Positions 48,540-58,261 of a DNA stretch of 64,000 nucleotides are shown piece after piece (position 1 is the stretch's first letter; the number at the start of each line of letters is the position of its first letter). The position numbers and the translations under genes are program-made. The notes below the pieces were generated by a model. It worked only from the letters and a program-made list of their open reading frames with translations, was not told where the DNA came from and did no database searches. Origin of the DNA: an uncultured bacterium. Its GTDB lineage: Bacteria; Zhuqueibacterota; QNDG01; DTFT01. The DNA lies in NCBI GenBank assembly GCA_963736115.1, contig CAVTNR010000012.1:382461-446460 (forward strand), in the 5' to 3' direction.

Positions 48540-48962
48540 TTATGCGCCGTTTTCCTCGATCAGCCGGAAGAGGATAGTGGCCGCACGGCCGGTCACGTCT
48601 TTGCAGTCGGTCATTCCGGTTATGCGCTTCGAATTCTCGATGACGTCTTTGCACACCGTGGTTCCGAATTCCGCGACGAATCTCCGCCGGAATTCCGCGG
48701 ACAGGGCCACGAGCCTGTCGATGTTCCCGTCGCCTTTCTCCCGGCCGTACATGGACCCGAGCGCGATCACGCCGCCGGAGAGCGCGCCGCACACATCCTC
48801 GCGGCACCGGCCAATGCCTCCGCAGAACCCGGAAGCGACTTTGTCCACTGTGCCGGATTGCTCCGGAAACAGCTCATGGATCGTGCGGCTGATCGATTCC
48901 GCGCAATGGAATCCCTGCGCATAGTGCTTGAGAACGATCTGGCGGATTTCTTCTTCTTGCAT
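48540..48962 (-). CDS. C-GCAxxG-C-C family putative redox protein
   Basis: GFHCAES, GFCGGIG, VCGALSGG, GTTVC, terminal Cys. Confidence 0.85.
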   Translation of the reverse strand: MQEEEIRQIVLKHYAQGFHCAESISRTIHELFPEQSGTVDKVASGFCGGIGRCREDVCGALSGGVIALGSMYGREKGDGNIDRLVALSAEFRRRFVAEFGTTVCKDVIENSKRITGMTDCKDVTGRAATILFRLIEENGA

Positions 48963-49079
48963 GCAGGTTTCCTTTTATTTATGGAAGGTTTGCCGAGATC
49001 GATATCAACGAATTTCCATATTTAATTCGATTTATCCGTGTCAATCCGTACGATCCGTTCAATCCGTGTTCCATCTTAT

Positions 49080-50064
49080 TTATTGTGATAGAATCCGCTG
49101 CAAATCGGACGAACTCACGTTCAACTGCCCCGCCTCAGGCAAACGTTCGGTCAGCGTCCTCCAGTTCCCATCTTCCCGGAACACGGACTTGAAGATGGGG
49201 AGGGATTCCGCCACCCGCCCCGTGTTCGCGAGCATCACCGCGTGCCAGTACTTCATCTCAAGGTTTTCCGGGAACGAGGCCCTCAGCGGCTCTGTATTCG
49301 AACAGCGCTTTGGGGATGTCTTTCTTTTCCACTGCCAGGTCGCCCGCGTTCATATGCTCATAGGCCCGGAACACCCGGAGCAGGCGCTTCAGCTCCTGAA
49401 TCGGCTCAGTATGGTCTTCGACGCGCAGGTCGATGAGCCTGTCCTCCCAGGGCCTGTCCGTAGGTTCGGCACGGACCACAAGAATCGCGGCGGACTGCTT
49501 ACCGCGTATGTCTCCGCCTGCATTCTGCCCGGCTTCGAGCGCGGCCATCATCCGTTCTGCGAGCGGACCTTCGGACTTCCGGAAGGCCTCAGCCATGGCC
49601 GGCCATACAGTGGCGTTCAGCATCATGTTCGCCTGGCAGGAGAACTGCGGTCCGGTCTGATGACCCGCGTCCCGGATGCACTTTTTGCCAGTCCACGTCG
49701 CGATATTCCCCTTCGCGTCCACCACGGCCAGTTGCCTCAGGTCCCGCGCCTCGTCGGACTCGGTGAGCAGACGGACGACCTCGCCCGCGTATTTCCCTTC
49801 CTTCAGCAGGGCCAGCCCTCTTGGGCCGTAGGATACGTTCACGAAGGACTGGGTCGCGATCGCGCCTGCACCGGCCTCGGCCCAGGACACCACGGACCCG
49901 ACCGAGAACCAGTGCGACTGCACGGCCACGCCCATTTCTCCGGTCGCCGTGTCCCGCGCCACGATGGAGAAGGTGTGGGCCAGGGGGTCGGGGGATTGGG
50001 CGGAGACAGACGTCCAGATGGCCATGAACATGCAGCAGCGGATGATGCATTTAACCCTTTTCAT
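49080..50064 (-). CDS. DUF1028 (Ntn-hydrolase-like) exported protein with TPR tail; one frameshift near 49280
   Basis: HTFSIVARD, GVAVQS, GAIATQ, GGDIRGKQSAA, DLRVEDH; a shifted frame continues ENLEMKYWHAVMLAN...RILSQ to a stop at 49080. Confidence 0.8.
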
Positions 50065-50117
50065 GGCGCCTCCTCGACGGTTCAGTCTTCTTCCCGGTAT
50101 TGGTTAATTGCGGATTC

Positions 50118-50285
50118 GCAGCATGAAGGCTGCGGCTAGCGGATGATCGATCTTTATTTCTGACCCTGCGCAGGCTAAAGCCTGCGGCTACCATGGTATT
50201 ACGGGGATATGCGTAGCCGCAGCCCTTCAAAACTGTACGAATCCGATTGCTTGGTCCCGTTCAACGGGGCTTCAGGCTGCGCGTA
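50118..50285. repeat. Cluster of REP-like GTAGCCGCAG palindromes
   Basis: gaaggctgcggcta, gcaggctaaagcctgcggctac, gtagccgcagcccttca, cttcaggctgcg. Confidence 0.6.
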
Positions 50286-50325
50286 CAGGCATTCATACAC
50301 GAACACGATGACCGGCATCCAAGTT

Positions 50326-51399
50326 CTATTTCCCCAACCCCACCCGAACGACTGCGTCAAACGCCGGCTTGGGCTTGCAGTCCTTGTCGAACAGCATGGG
50401 ATAATCCTGCCGGCCCTTGATCGGCAGGTAACTCCGCCACGACTGGGCGTCATGCACGCCCCAGAACGTGACCCGGTTGATGTGTTCCTTGTTTTTCAGG
50501 AAGAACGCGAACAGTTCTCCGTATCGGCCGGCCTGCCGGACCGCCACCTCATCGGGAAGCCCGTCCGGATACGGATTCAGCTTCTTCCGCGTTTCCGCGT
50601 CGAACGAGGCGAGATCGGTGATCGCATTGTCCAGATGCACGAATGGAACCACGCCGATGTCGAGTTCCGTGATCATCAGCGGCACATCCAGCAGGCTGAG
50701 GGCCTTGACGTATTCATCGAGCAGTCCCATGTCCGGGAAATCCAGGAACCAGTGGCCCTGAATGCCCACGCCGTCGACGCGGACACCGGAGGATTGCAGG
50801 GTTCGGACGAGCCGGATGACGCCTTCCAGTTTGGGCTTATACTCCAAGTCGTATTCATTGTAAAATAGTTCCGCCGCAGGATCGGCCTGTCGCGCGAATT
50901 CGAAAGCATGGCGCACGTAGTCCTCGCCGATAATCTCGTACCACCCGGATTTCCGGAAGGACCCGTCTGCCATAATCGATTCATTGACCACGTCCCATCC
51001 GTGAATACGGCCCTTGTACCGTCCCATCACCGTGAAAATGTGGCCCCGCATACGTTCGATCAGAGCGTCCCGCGTCAGGGGACGGCCGGACGAATCCTGA
51101 AACACCCAGGCCGGGGTCTGATAATGCCAGACCAGGCAGTGGCCGATGATGAACATGCCGTTCTTTTCGCCGAACTCCACATACCGGTCCGGAACGTCGA
51201 AATTGTACCGGTCCGGCTCCGGATGCACTTCCTCCCATTTCAGAACGTTTTCGGGCGTGATGCTGCTGCAGTGTTGACGGACCAGGCCGGCCGCCGCCGG
51301 TTCCTTGCCCGTGATCTGGTCCGCGCTGAGTGCCGCGCCGATCAGAAAATCTTCTTTGAAAATCTGCTTCAAAGCGGGAGAATCGGGCATTGCGTTCAT
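50326..51399 (-). CDS. Endo-1,4-beta-xylanase GH10, no signal peptide
   Basis: TPENVLKW, GHCLVWH, WDVVNE (acid/base), GIQGH, ITELD (nucleophile), VTFWG. Confidence 0.92.
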   Translation of the reverse strand: MNAMPDSPALKQIFKEDFLIGAALSADQITGKEPAAAGLVRQHCSSITPENVLKWEEVHPEPDRYNFDVPDRYVEFGEKNGMFIIGHCLVWHYQTPAWVFQDSSGRPLTRDALIERMRGHIFTVMGRYKGRIHGWDVVNESIMADGSFRKSGWYEIIGEDYVRHAFEFARQADPAAELFYNEYDLEYKPKLEGVIRLVRTLQSSGVRVDGVGIQGHWFLDFPDMGLLDEYVKALSLLDVPLMITELDIGVVPFVHLDNAITDLASFDAETRKKLNPYPDGLPDEVAVRQAGRYGELFAFFLKNKEHINRVTFWGVHDAQSWRSYLPIKGRQDYPMLFDKDCKPKPAFDAVVRVGLGK

Positions 51400-51561
51400 G
51401 GCTTTCTCCTTTTTTCCTGCGACTCCACACCGCGATTCCGGATGTCGGCACGGATCAAAGCTCTGCCTGAAAAAAAACCGCATGCCGACCGTTCCGAATT
51501 TCCGGATCTGATAACGGAGGCATGCGGGGATGGTGCGACGGAGCCGCCTTTCAGCCGGCGA

Positions 51562-52455
51562 TCAGGCTGAATGCTTCTCCTTCATCCGGGTCAGAACCTC
51601 CTCCAGGGTGCCGCCGAAGGGGCCGATCTTCTCCATTTTCAGCGAAACCAGGGCGGCCGCGAATTTCAGCGACTCGGCCGGTTCGTGCTCCAGCCTCCGG
51701 CACAGGTAGGCCGAGAAGGTCGTGTCCCCGCGGCCGGTGCGGCCGACCACACTGCTGTTCGAGAACTTCTCGTAATAGGTGGCGCCCTTCACGCGCGCCA
51801 GCACGCCCTGGCTGTGCGTGATCACCACTTCCGGGCATCCCCACGATTCGACAATAACCGCCGCCTTTTCGAGGTCCTCGGTGCCGGTCAGGATGCGCGC
51901 TTCCACGACGTCGAGCTTGACCTTGTCCATCATGGCCGCGATCGTTTTCTTGTCCGCCACGTCGCTGTACTCGATGTCGCGCGTGACCGGCGTGACGTGC
52001 CGGACGAAGCTCTGCATGTCGACGGACAGGCTGACCTTCCTCGCCTTGAGGCCCTGCATCAGGGGCATGTCGAACTCGGTATCCGAAATGCCCGCCAGGT
52101 GCATGCACGTGGAGTCGAGCTCGGGCACATCGTCAATGGAGATGATGCCCGCGGACTTGACCAGAGTCAGCTTGCGCTCGTCCACGTTCGCGGATTCGTG
52201 CAGAACGCGCGAATAGGTGGTCTCCTCGGATGGGATCAGGAAGGTGTCGATGCCGATGTCCTTCATCGGCTGGAGTATGGACTCGTCCTTTTTCGCCATC
52301 TTGACGACAGCCGCGACCTTCTTGCCCACGCGCGCCGCGACCATGGCGCCGCACAGCACCGCGCTGCCAGGCGCCACATGCGCGGTGCCGCCGAAGGGGA
52401 TGATTTCGTCATAGCACATATGGCCGACAAATGTGATATCATAATGCTTGGACAT
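51562..52455 (-). CDS. PfkB family carbohydrate kinase
   Basis: APGSAV, VITHSQG, GRTGRGDTTF (variant of DTTGAGD). Confidence 0.85.
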   Translation of the reverse strand: MSKHYDITFVGHMCYDEIIPFGGTAHVAPGSAVLCGAMVAARVGKKVAAVVKMAKKDESILQPMKDIGIDTFLIPSEETTYSRVLHESANVDERKLTLVKSAGIISIDDVPELDSTCMHLAGISDTEFDMPLMQGLKARKVSLSVDMQSFVRHVTPVTRDIEYSDVADKKTIAAMMDKVKLDVVEARILTGTEDLEKAAVIVESWGCPEVVITHSQGVLARVKGATYYEKFSNSSVVGRTGRGDTTFSAYLCRRLEHEPAESLKFAAALVSLKMEKIGPFGGTLEEVLTRMKEKHSA

Positions 52456-52480
52456 GTGATGGTGTTCCTTAATTATTGAG

Positions 52481-52605
52481 TGTCATCGCGAGGCCAGCCC
52501 CTTTGTGCAGAGCCTTGTCATCGCGAGGCCTATCGGTCTTGTCATTGCGAGGCCGGTCCCCCGATCAGGTCGAGGGCAAGCCGGCGGACCGGCCGAAGCA
52601 ATCTC
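52481..52605. repeat. REP-like TGTCATYGCGAGGCC repeats ending in GAAGCAATCT
   Basis: Three tgtcat(c/t)gcgaggcc copies followed by ccgaagcaatct. Confidence 0.65.
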
Positions 52606-52632
52606 AGCCCGGGACGGAAGAAACGCAGCCCC

Positions 52633-55173
52633 TCACTCCCCCTTCAGCAGGTTCGGATAGAACGGAATGAGATCCTGCGGATTCACGGTCTTGGACTTCG
52701 TCCTGGCCTGTACATTCTTGATATGGTTCATGACCAGGTGGCTCCACACCGCGCCCGGTCTCGGGTAAGCGGCCACGATGTAATGCGGCCCCTTGGTCTT
52801 TTCCCCGGCCTCTTTCTCCAGTTCGGCCCTGAGGTTGTCCGGCGTGACCATGGAATTGCCGTAGTCGAACACGACCCGGTCCATGTGCTTGTAGACTTCC
52901 TTGCTCTCGCGGGTCATGCCGTAGTATTCCAGGAGCTGGGCGAACACATAGTTGGAAGTCGTGTACACGTCCTTGCCCTGGTCCGATTTCACCGGCTTGC
53001 CGTTCTCGGTCTTGCACATGGCCCAGCCCATGAACGATTTGTTGGTCCTGTAGATCGTCTTCAGGATCTTCTTGACACGGTCCTCGGGGATGAGCGGCTC
53101 CTCGCCGATAACCAGCAGGTACCACAGCGCGTCGAGCTGGTTGGTCCAGACGTCGGTGTTCTTCTTGCCGGTCTTGGGATCATAGCAAGTGATGTAGTAC
53201 TGCAGTTTCTCGCCCGCCTTGTTCTTTCCGTCGCGCCAAAGCTGTTCCAACGCGGCCCAGCCCTTATCGAACGCCTTTTGGATGCGGGCCTTACCCTCGG
53301 CGTCGCCGACGATGTCGGCCAGCTTGAGCAGGGCCTGACAGCCGCCGAGGAACTGCGTGGCGTCATACGCGTCCGCGCCGAACAGCACCAGGTTGTCGAA
53401 CGTGTTCTTCACCTCGTTCGGGTACCCTTCCGGGATGCCGTCATTGTCGAAGTCGAGCTTCAGCAGGGATTCCAGCCCGAACTTCAGGGTTTCCCAGTTC
53501 TTCTTCGCGAACTCGATGTCGCCCGTGAACTTGACGTTTCGGAGAACCCGCATGGCGAGCTTCGGGTACAGGTCCACCCAGTAGTTGTTATTGTACCAGG
53601 CGTAGTCGCTCACGTTGCGCAGGGGATGGCCCTTGGGCATGGCGCCCACGTCGTGGGCCACACTGCCCTTGGTCTTGAAATCGTCGCGTATCTGCGTCAG
53701 GGGCAAGCCCTCGTACGCCTCTGGATGGGTCTGGAAATGCCTGCGCGCGTCGACAAAGGACGCGTGATAATGGTACCAGCGCTTCGTGGGATCCACGGCA
53801 TTGATCGAGTCAATGAAGGCCTGGCACAGGTCCTTCTCCACTGCCGGAAAGAGCATGAGCAGAACCATGGAGTACCAGTCCACGTCCGAGGGGTCGATGT
53901 ACGCGTAGTCGAAGCACTCCAGGAACCGCGCGCGCTCGTTCCCGTTCTCGTCCTCCACCCACACGATAGCGTTCGACAGCGGAAAGTGCAGTTCGTTCAG
54001 AATCAGCCGGGCCAGCCGCAGGGCGCCGGGCTTGTCCGCCTTATACGACGGGCTGGACTGAATCATGTCGAGAATGCGCTTCTGCACCGTGAGGGTCTTC
54101 TCGAGCCACTGGGGATGGCTGTTCAGCGCGATCTTGACCAGGTCCATCGCCCGCGTCTCGGGATTGCCGAAATTCTTGAGATACTTGCGGGGAAATTTCG
54201 TGCCGTCGATGTACACCTGCTGGGGAAAATCGAGGGCCACGGCCACCGCGACCTTGCCCGTGGAACGCGGCGCAACCGTGAAGGTCAGGCTGACCGCGCA
54301 TCCGTAATCGGAGCGGATCATGGGTTGACGCTTCTCGTAGAACGAGCCGTCATCATTAAGCAGAAGGTCGTCCTTGAGCCGATTCAGGCAGAAATAGGGC
54401 TGAACATCGACGGACACGCCGTCCTGCTCCGCGACCGCCAGGACCATGCGGTTCTCCGTCTCCGTGCTTCCCATGACCACGCCGCGTACGCCGTCGGAAT
54501 TGAACTCTTCGTGCCTGTGTCCGTACACTGCGGCCGAACTGACATACACGCTGTCCTGATCCGTGGGCTTGAGCTCTTTTTCCTGCAGGTTGACCAGGGA
54601 CGGCTTGGGAATCACCAGCGTGACTGTCTGTTCCTGGTTGGACGCGTTCTCGACCTCGTACTGCTCGACGCCGATGGGCATGAGCGTGTGCTCATTGCCG
54701 GCCAGGAGCTGGGACACGAGCCTGCGTACGATCTTGATCTTACCGATCTTAAAGGCCAGCTCGAGTGTGGGCGTGGCCAGAGAAATCGCGACGTCCTTCG
54801 GGTCCACGGAGGGATGGTAATAGTTCTGCATTGCGGGTATGTCGTCCGGCAGTTCCGATTCGCCGGGCTTCTTCTGTGTGAGGGTCGTGCACTTGTCCCC
54901 GATTTTCACGAAAGGCACGGATCCGAACTGCACGGCCTTCTGGTTCAGCATGATGAGCCGGCCCGCGTCGTTCAGCCGGTTGACCATTCCGTACGGGTTG
55001 ATTCCGATGGAGGCCGTGGGCGCACCCTGTAAAGCGACGGTCTGGGGAAACTGCAGCGTCTTGGACATGCCCTGAAAGTGCACCGTCATCTTGTTCTTCT
55101 CATAGATTTCGGTGACTTTCGGGCCCGCGATGGTGAACAGATCGCGCGGATCGAATACGTTGGATTTCGGCAT
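52633..55173 (-). CDS. GH116 family glycoside hydrolase (non-lysosomal glucosylceramidase-like), cytoplasmic
   Basis: FLECFDY (nucleophile region), HDVG, WVDL, DNDGIPE...NTFD (acid/base region), NQL..LWY, YPRP. Confidence 0.8.
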   Translation of the reverse strand: MPKSNVFDPRDLFTIAGPKVTEIYEKNKMTVHFQGMSKTLQFPQTVALQGAPTASIGINPYGMVNRLNDAGRLIMLNQKAVQFGSVPFVKIGDKCTTLTQKKPGESELPDDIPAMQNYYHPSVDPKDVAISLATPTLELAFKIGKIKIVRRLVSQLLAGNEHTLMPIGVEQYEVENASNQEQTVTLVIPKPSLVNLQEKELKPTDQDSVYVSSAAVYGHRHEEFNSDGVRGVVMGSTETENRMVLAVAEQDGVSVDVQPYFCLNRLKDDLLLNDDGSFYEKRQPMIRSDYGCAVSLTFTVAPRSTGKVAVAVALDFPQQVYIDGTKFPRKYLKNFGNPETRAMDLVKIALNSHPQWLEKTLTVQKRILDMIQSSPSYKADKPGALRLARLILNELHFPLSNAIVWVEDENGNERARFLECFDYAYIDPSDVDWYSMVLLMLFPAVEKDLCQAFIDSINAVDPTKRWYHYHASFVDARRHFQTHPEAYEGLPLTQIRDDFKTKGSVAHDVGAMPKGHPLRNVSDYAWYNNNYWVDLYPKLAMRVLRNVKFTGDIEFAKKNWETLKFGLESLLKLDFDNDGIPEGYPNEVKNTFDNLVLFGADAYDATQFLGGCQALLKLADIVGDAEGKARIQKAFDKGWAALEQLWRDGKNKAGEKLQYYITCYDPKTGKKNTDVWTNQLDALWYLLVIGEEPLIPEDRVKKILKTIYRTNKSFMGWAMCKTENGKPVKSDQGKDVYTTSNYVFAQLLEYYGMTRESKEVYKHMDRVVFDYGNSMVTPDNLRAELEKEAGEKTKGPHYIVAAYPRPGAVWSHLVMNHIKNVQARTKSKTVNPQDLIPFYPNLLKGE

Positions 55174-55337
55174 GGGTTTCTCGCTGGTTGGGGGTTCTGA
55201 TGCGGCGCAAGGGACCCCGGGAAACCGGGGTTCATAGCAATTCCGAGCGCCGGCCCGGTGAGAATGACGCGCGGCCGGCGCTCGGAATGAGTATTCTGAA
55301 AATGAGGCTGAAAAAAGTCCGCCCGGGTGCTACAGGG

Positions 55338-57266
55338 CTAGCACTTTCCCGCCCACATGTTGGCCTTCTTCTTGGGTTTCGCCTTGGCCTTGGGCTTGAC
55401 CGCCTTCTTGTTCTTGCCGGCGGCCTTCTTGCCCTTGCCTGTGACCTTCTTCGCGGACGCGGCCCTGGAGGTCTTCTTCTTTTTCGGAGTCGGGGGCGTA
55501 TCGGGCAGATTCGCCTCCGCGCTCAGGTCGATCGGCATGGTCGTCGTCGGGCTGGCCTTGAACACGCCCCACAGAAGGTCCGCGGAGGCACGGATCGAAT
55601 CGGGCGAGCCGGAGAAGTTGCAGATCACGGCGTCGGCTTCCTTGGTGACGCCCCTGCGGTACGGAAAGTTCGTCACCACGATCACGGTGTGTCCCGCCTT
55701 CTTCAGGGCCTTCACCAGGTGCTGGTTGTTTCCGCGCTTCTCGATGCGGGCGTAATAGTTGGTCATAACGACCATATCCGCCAGCTTGGCCAGCTTCAGC
55801 GCTTCCGCGACTTCGTCCTCATCGGAGTGGAACCCGGTGTCGTCGAGGATGAGGTTCATGGAGTGCTTGGCCATCTGCTCGCAGAACATGTGCGGGTGGC
55901 TGTACAGATCCTTGCCCAGGAAGGAATAGGGGATAATCTGCTCGATGACGAGGATCTTCTTGTCCTTCGACAGGGGCAGCAGGTTCTTGTCGTCGCGCAC
56001 GACCAGCTGGGCCTTTTGCGCCACTTCGCGGGAGAAGCCCTGGGTTTCCTTGCTGTGCACGTGAATGTGGGTCTGCTCCGGATCCATCTTGCCGGCCTTC
56101 TCGAACAGGCCCTGGTCGTACTTCATGCTCAGGAGCCGCTTCACCGCGTCATCGACCCGCTCCTCCGAGAGGAACCCGCGTTCAACCGCGCTCTTGATGC
56201 CGAAGAAGCACTGCGAACGCGATTCGTCGTCCGCCTTGAGCAGAATGGTGTCCACGCCGGCCTTGATGGCCATGGCGCAGGCCAGGGGCAGGGGCCACTT
56301 CTTCAGAATGGCGGCCATGCCGATGGCGTCGGAAACCACGACGCCCTGGAAGCCCATCTCCTTGCGGAGCAGGTCGACGAGCACCTTGGACGACAGGGTG
56401 GCCGGAAATTCCTTGTCGAAAGCCGGGTAAATCGTGTGGGCCGTCATCAGGGCCTTGGCGCCTGCGTTGATGCCCGCCTGGAAGGTGACGAGCTCGACTT
56501 CCTTCATGCGCTGCAGGTCGCCCTTGCACACGTCGAGCACATCATGCGCGTCCGTGGCGGAGTCGCCGCGGCCCGCGAAATGCTTCACCGTGGCCACGAT
56601 GCCCGCGTCCTGGTACCCGCGCACAGTCGCTTCGATGAACCGGGCGCACTTCTGCGGATCGTCGCCGAAGGAACGCACGCCGATTTCAGGATTCAGCGGG
56701 TTGATGTTGACGTCGCACACGGGATGGTAGAACTGGGTGATGCCGATGAGGGCCATCTGCTTGCCGAGTGTGTACGCCACCCGGTAGGCGATGTCGAGGT
56801 CGCCGATGGCGGTGATGCCCATGGGTGGGGGAAACTGGACCACGTGCCCTGCTGAGTAGTCGTTCTTGAAGTCGCCTTCCATGTCGATGGTGATATGCAG
56901 GGGAATGCCGGAGGGCCGGCCCATGGCGACCTGCTGCAGCTTGTTGAGCGCCTCGGTGAGCTCCTCGGGGGTGACGCTCACGCCGTAACTGCGGTCGTCG
57001 AAATAGGTGGCCGCGATGTCGAAGTAATCCTTCGGCTTCTTGAAGTTGGGATCGACCTGCGAGCGGCCCCAGTACAGGTTCTTGCTGGTTTCGAGGGCGT
57101 ACGGTTCCAGGCAGAGGCCGCCGGCATGCAGGCGGGTGATCTGCTCGAACCCCGAGGGCGTCAGGTAGGCGCCGCGCCAGGTGAACGTGAGCAGCTGGCC
57201 GCACTTCTCAGCCAGGGTCATTTTCGCCAGCTTCGCTGCGACGAAATTGTCTCTCTCTTGCGACAT
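55338..57266 (-). CDS. GH3 glycoside hydrolase (NagZ-like two-domain) with a Lys/Ala-rich C-terminal tail
   Basis: MTLAEKCGQL, DMEG, NPEIGVRSFGDDP, KHFAGRGDSATDAH, MTAH, GFQGVVVSDAIGM; AGGAG upstream of ATG 57266. Confidence 0.88.
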   Translation of the reverse strand: MSQERDNFVAAKLAKMTLAEKCGQLLTFTWRGAYLTPSGFEQITRLHAGGLCLEPYALETSKNLYWGRSQVDPNFKKPKDYFDIAATYFDDRSYGVSVTPEELTEALNKLQQVAMGRPSGIPLHITIDMEGDFKNDYSAGHVVQFPPPMGITAIGDLDIAYRVAYTLGKQMALIGITQFYHPVCDVNINPLNPEIGVRSFGDDPQKCARFIEATVRGYQDAGIVATVKHFAGRGDSATDAHDVLDVCKGDLQRMKEVELVTFQAGINAGAKALMTAHTIYPAFDKEFPATLSSKVLVDLLRKEMGFQGVVVSDAIGMAAILKKWPLPLACAMAIKAGVDTILLKADDESRSQCFFGIKSAVERGFLSEERVDDAVKRLLSMKYDQGLFEKAGKMDPEQTHIHVHSKETQGFSREVAQKAQLVVRDDKNLLPLSKDKKILVIEQIIPYSFLGKDLYSHPHMFCEQMAKHSMNLILDDTGFHSDEDEVAEALKLAKLADMVVMTNYYARIEKRGNNQHLVKALKKAGHTVIVVTNFPYRRGVTKEADAVICNFSGSPDSIRASADLLWGVFKASPTTTMPIDLSAEANLPDTPPTPKKKKTSRAASAKKVTGKGKKAAGKNKKAVKPKAKAKPKKKANMWAGKC

Positions 57267-57432
57267 TGCGTGTCTCCTCAACAAAGAGTAATGTGATGTG
57301 TTTTGACGTGAGGAAATGCCGGTAAGCCCCGGCTGTTGTTTGAAGGGCGCACAAAGCCCTTTAACTCAATAAAGAAAGTTAATCTAAAAAACGGCGAAAT
57401 CAACAGGTTTTCTCGCCTGTTTTTGCCATGCG

Positions 57433-57510
57433 TGTACGTTACCGTAAAGGAAATTTAAGAGAAAAAAAGAGGGTTGTCAATGGGATTTGAAGCAGGTCTG
57501 AACGTAACCG
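57433..57510 (-). promoter_or_regulatory. Sigma70 promoter flanked by two operator-like direct repeats
   Basis: TTGACA(57480-75)-N17-TAAATT(57457-52); TGTACGTTACCG at 57433-44 and TGAACGTAACCG at 57499-510. Confidence 0.6.
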
Positions 57511-57754
57511 ATTAAGTTGGATATTGTCGGTAAAATATTCATTTTATTGGGATTGTGCCGCGTTTTGTTAAAATTTTTTCTTATCGGGAATGAGCAGAAT
57601 ATATGGCATTTGATTAAACATTAGATACGTCACTCCTGAGTTCGGCCCACCTTGCTTTTGTGATCGCCGAAGCGGATCCCTCGGGCCATCAAGTGTTATA
57701 GAATTCTCTGAGTGAGTTGCCTGGTCGGTCACATGAAGGCGTCAGAATGATCAC

Positions 57755-58006
57755 TCACCCCTCCGGAAACTCCACCCCATCAATCCACCGCGCGACCTTG
57801 GAGTCCGTGCTGATGATTTCCGGGATTTCTGCGATTTTATCAATGACGCGATCCATGTCCGCGATGTCTTTTCCTTTTACAATAGCAATGATATCCGGCG
57901 TCCCGAACAATGCATCCGCATGAACCACACCTTCGATCTTTCGGATGTTTCTCAATACGTTCTTGGGTTGACGGGAGGTGATGAAGATGTAGGCCCAGGT
58001 ATTCAT
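57755..58006 (-). CDS. Stand-alone Lrp/AsnC ligand-binding (RAM) domain protein
   Basis: AYIFI...IEGVVHADALFGTPDIIAIV...IPEIISTDS; no HTH. Confidence 0.8.
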   Translation of the reverse strand: MNTWAYIFITSRQPKNVLRNIRKIEGVVHADALFGTPDIIAIVKGKDIADMDRVIDKIAEIPEIISTDSKVARWIDGVEFPEG

Positions 58007-58261
58007 TTGATCCTCGAAGTATTTTTATTGTTCAAACTGATCAACCAAAAACACATTCCAAGTACTATCACGAAATATTAATAAATTACTTTTACTTATG
58101 TCAACTCTTTAAACTAAAATGTTTTTTCGGCACTATGGTTTAGCCATTTAAATATTTTATTAACTGTATGTTCAGAAATATTTTGTCTCCCCTCTTAATA
58201 TTTTATTGAATGTTAAAATTGAAATATCCATCTCTTTGGCCACTTTATTTTTTGATAGCCT

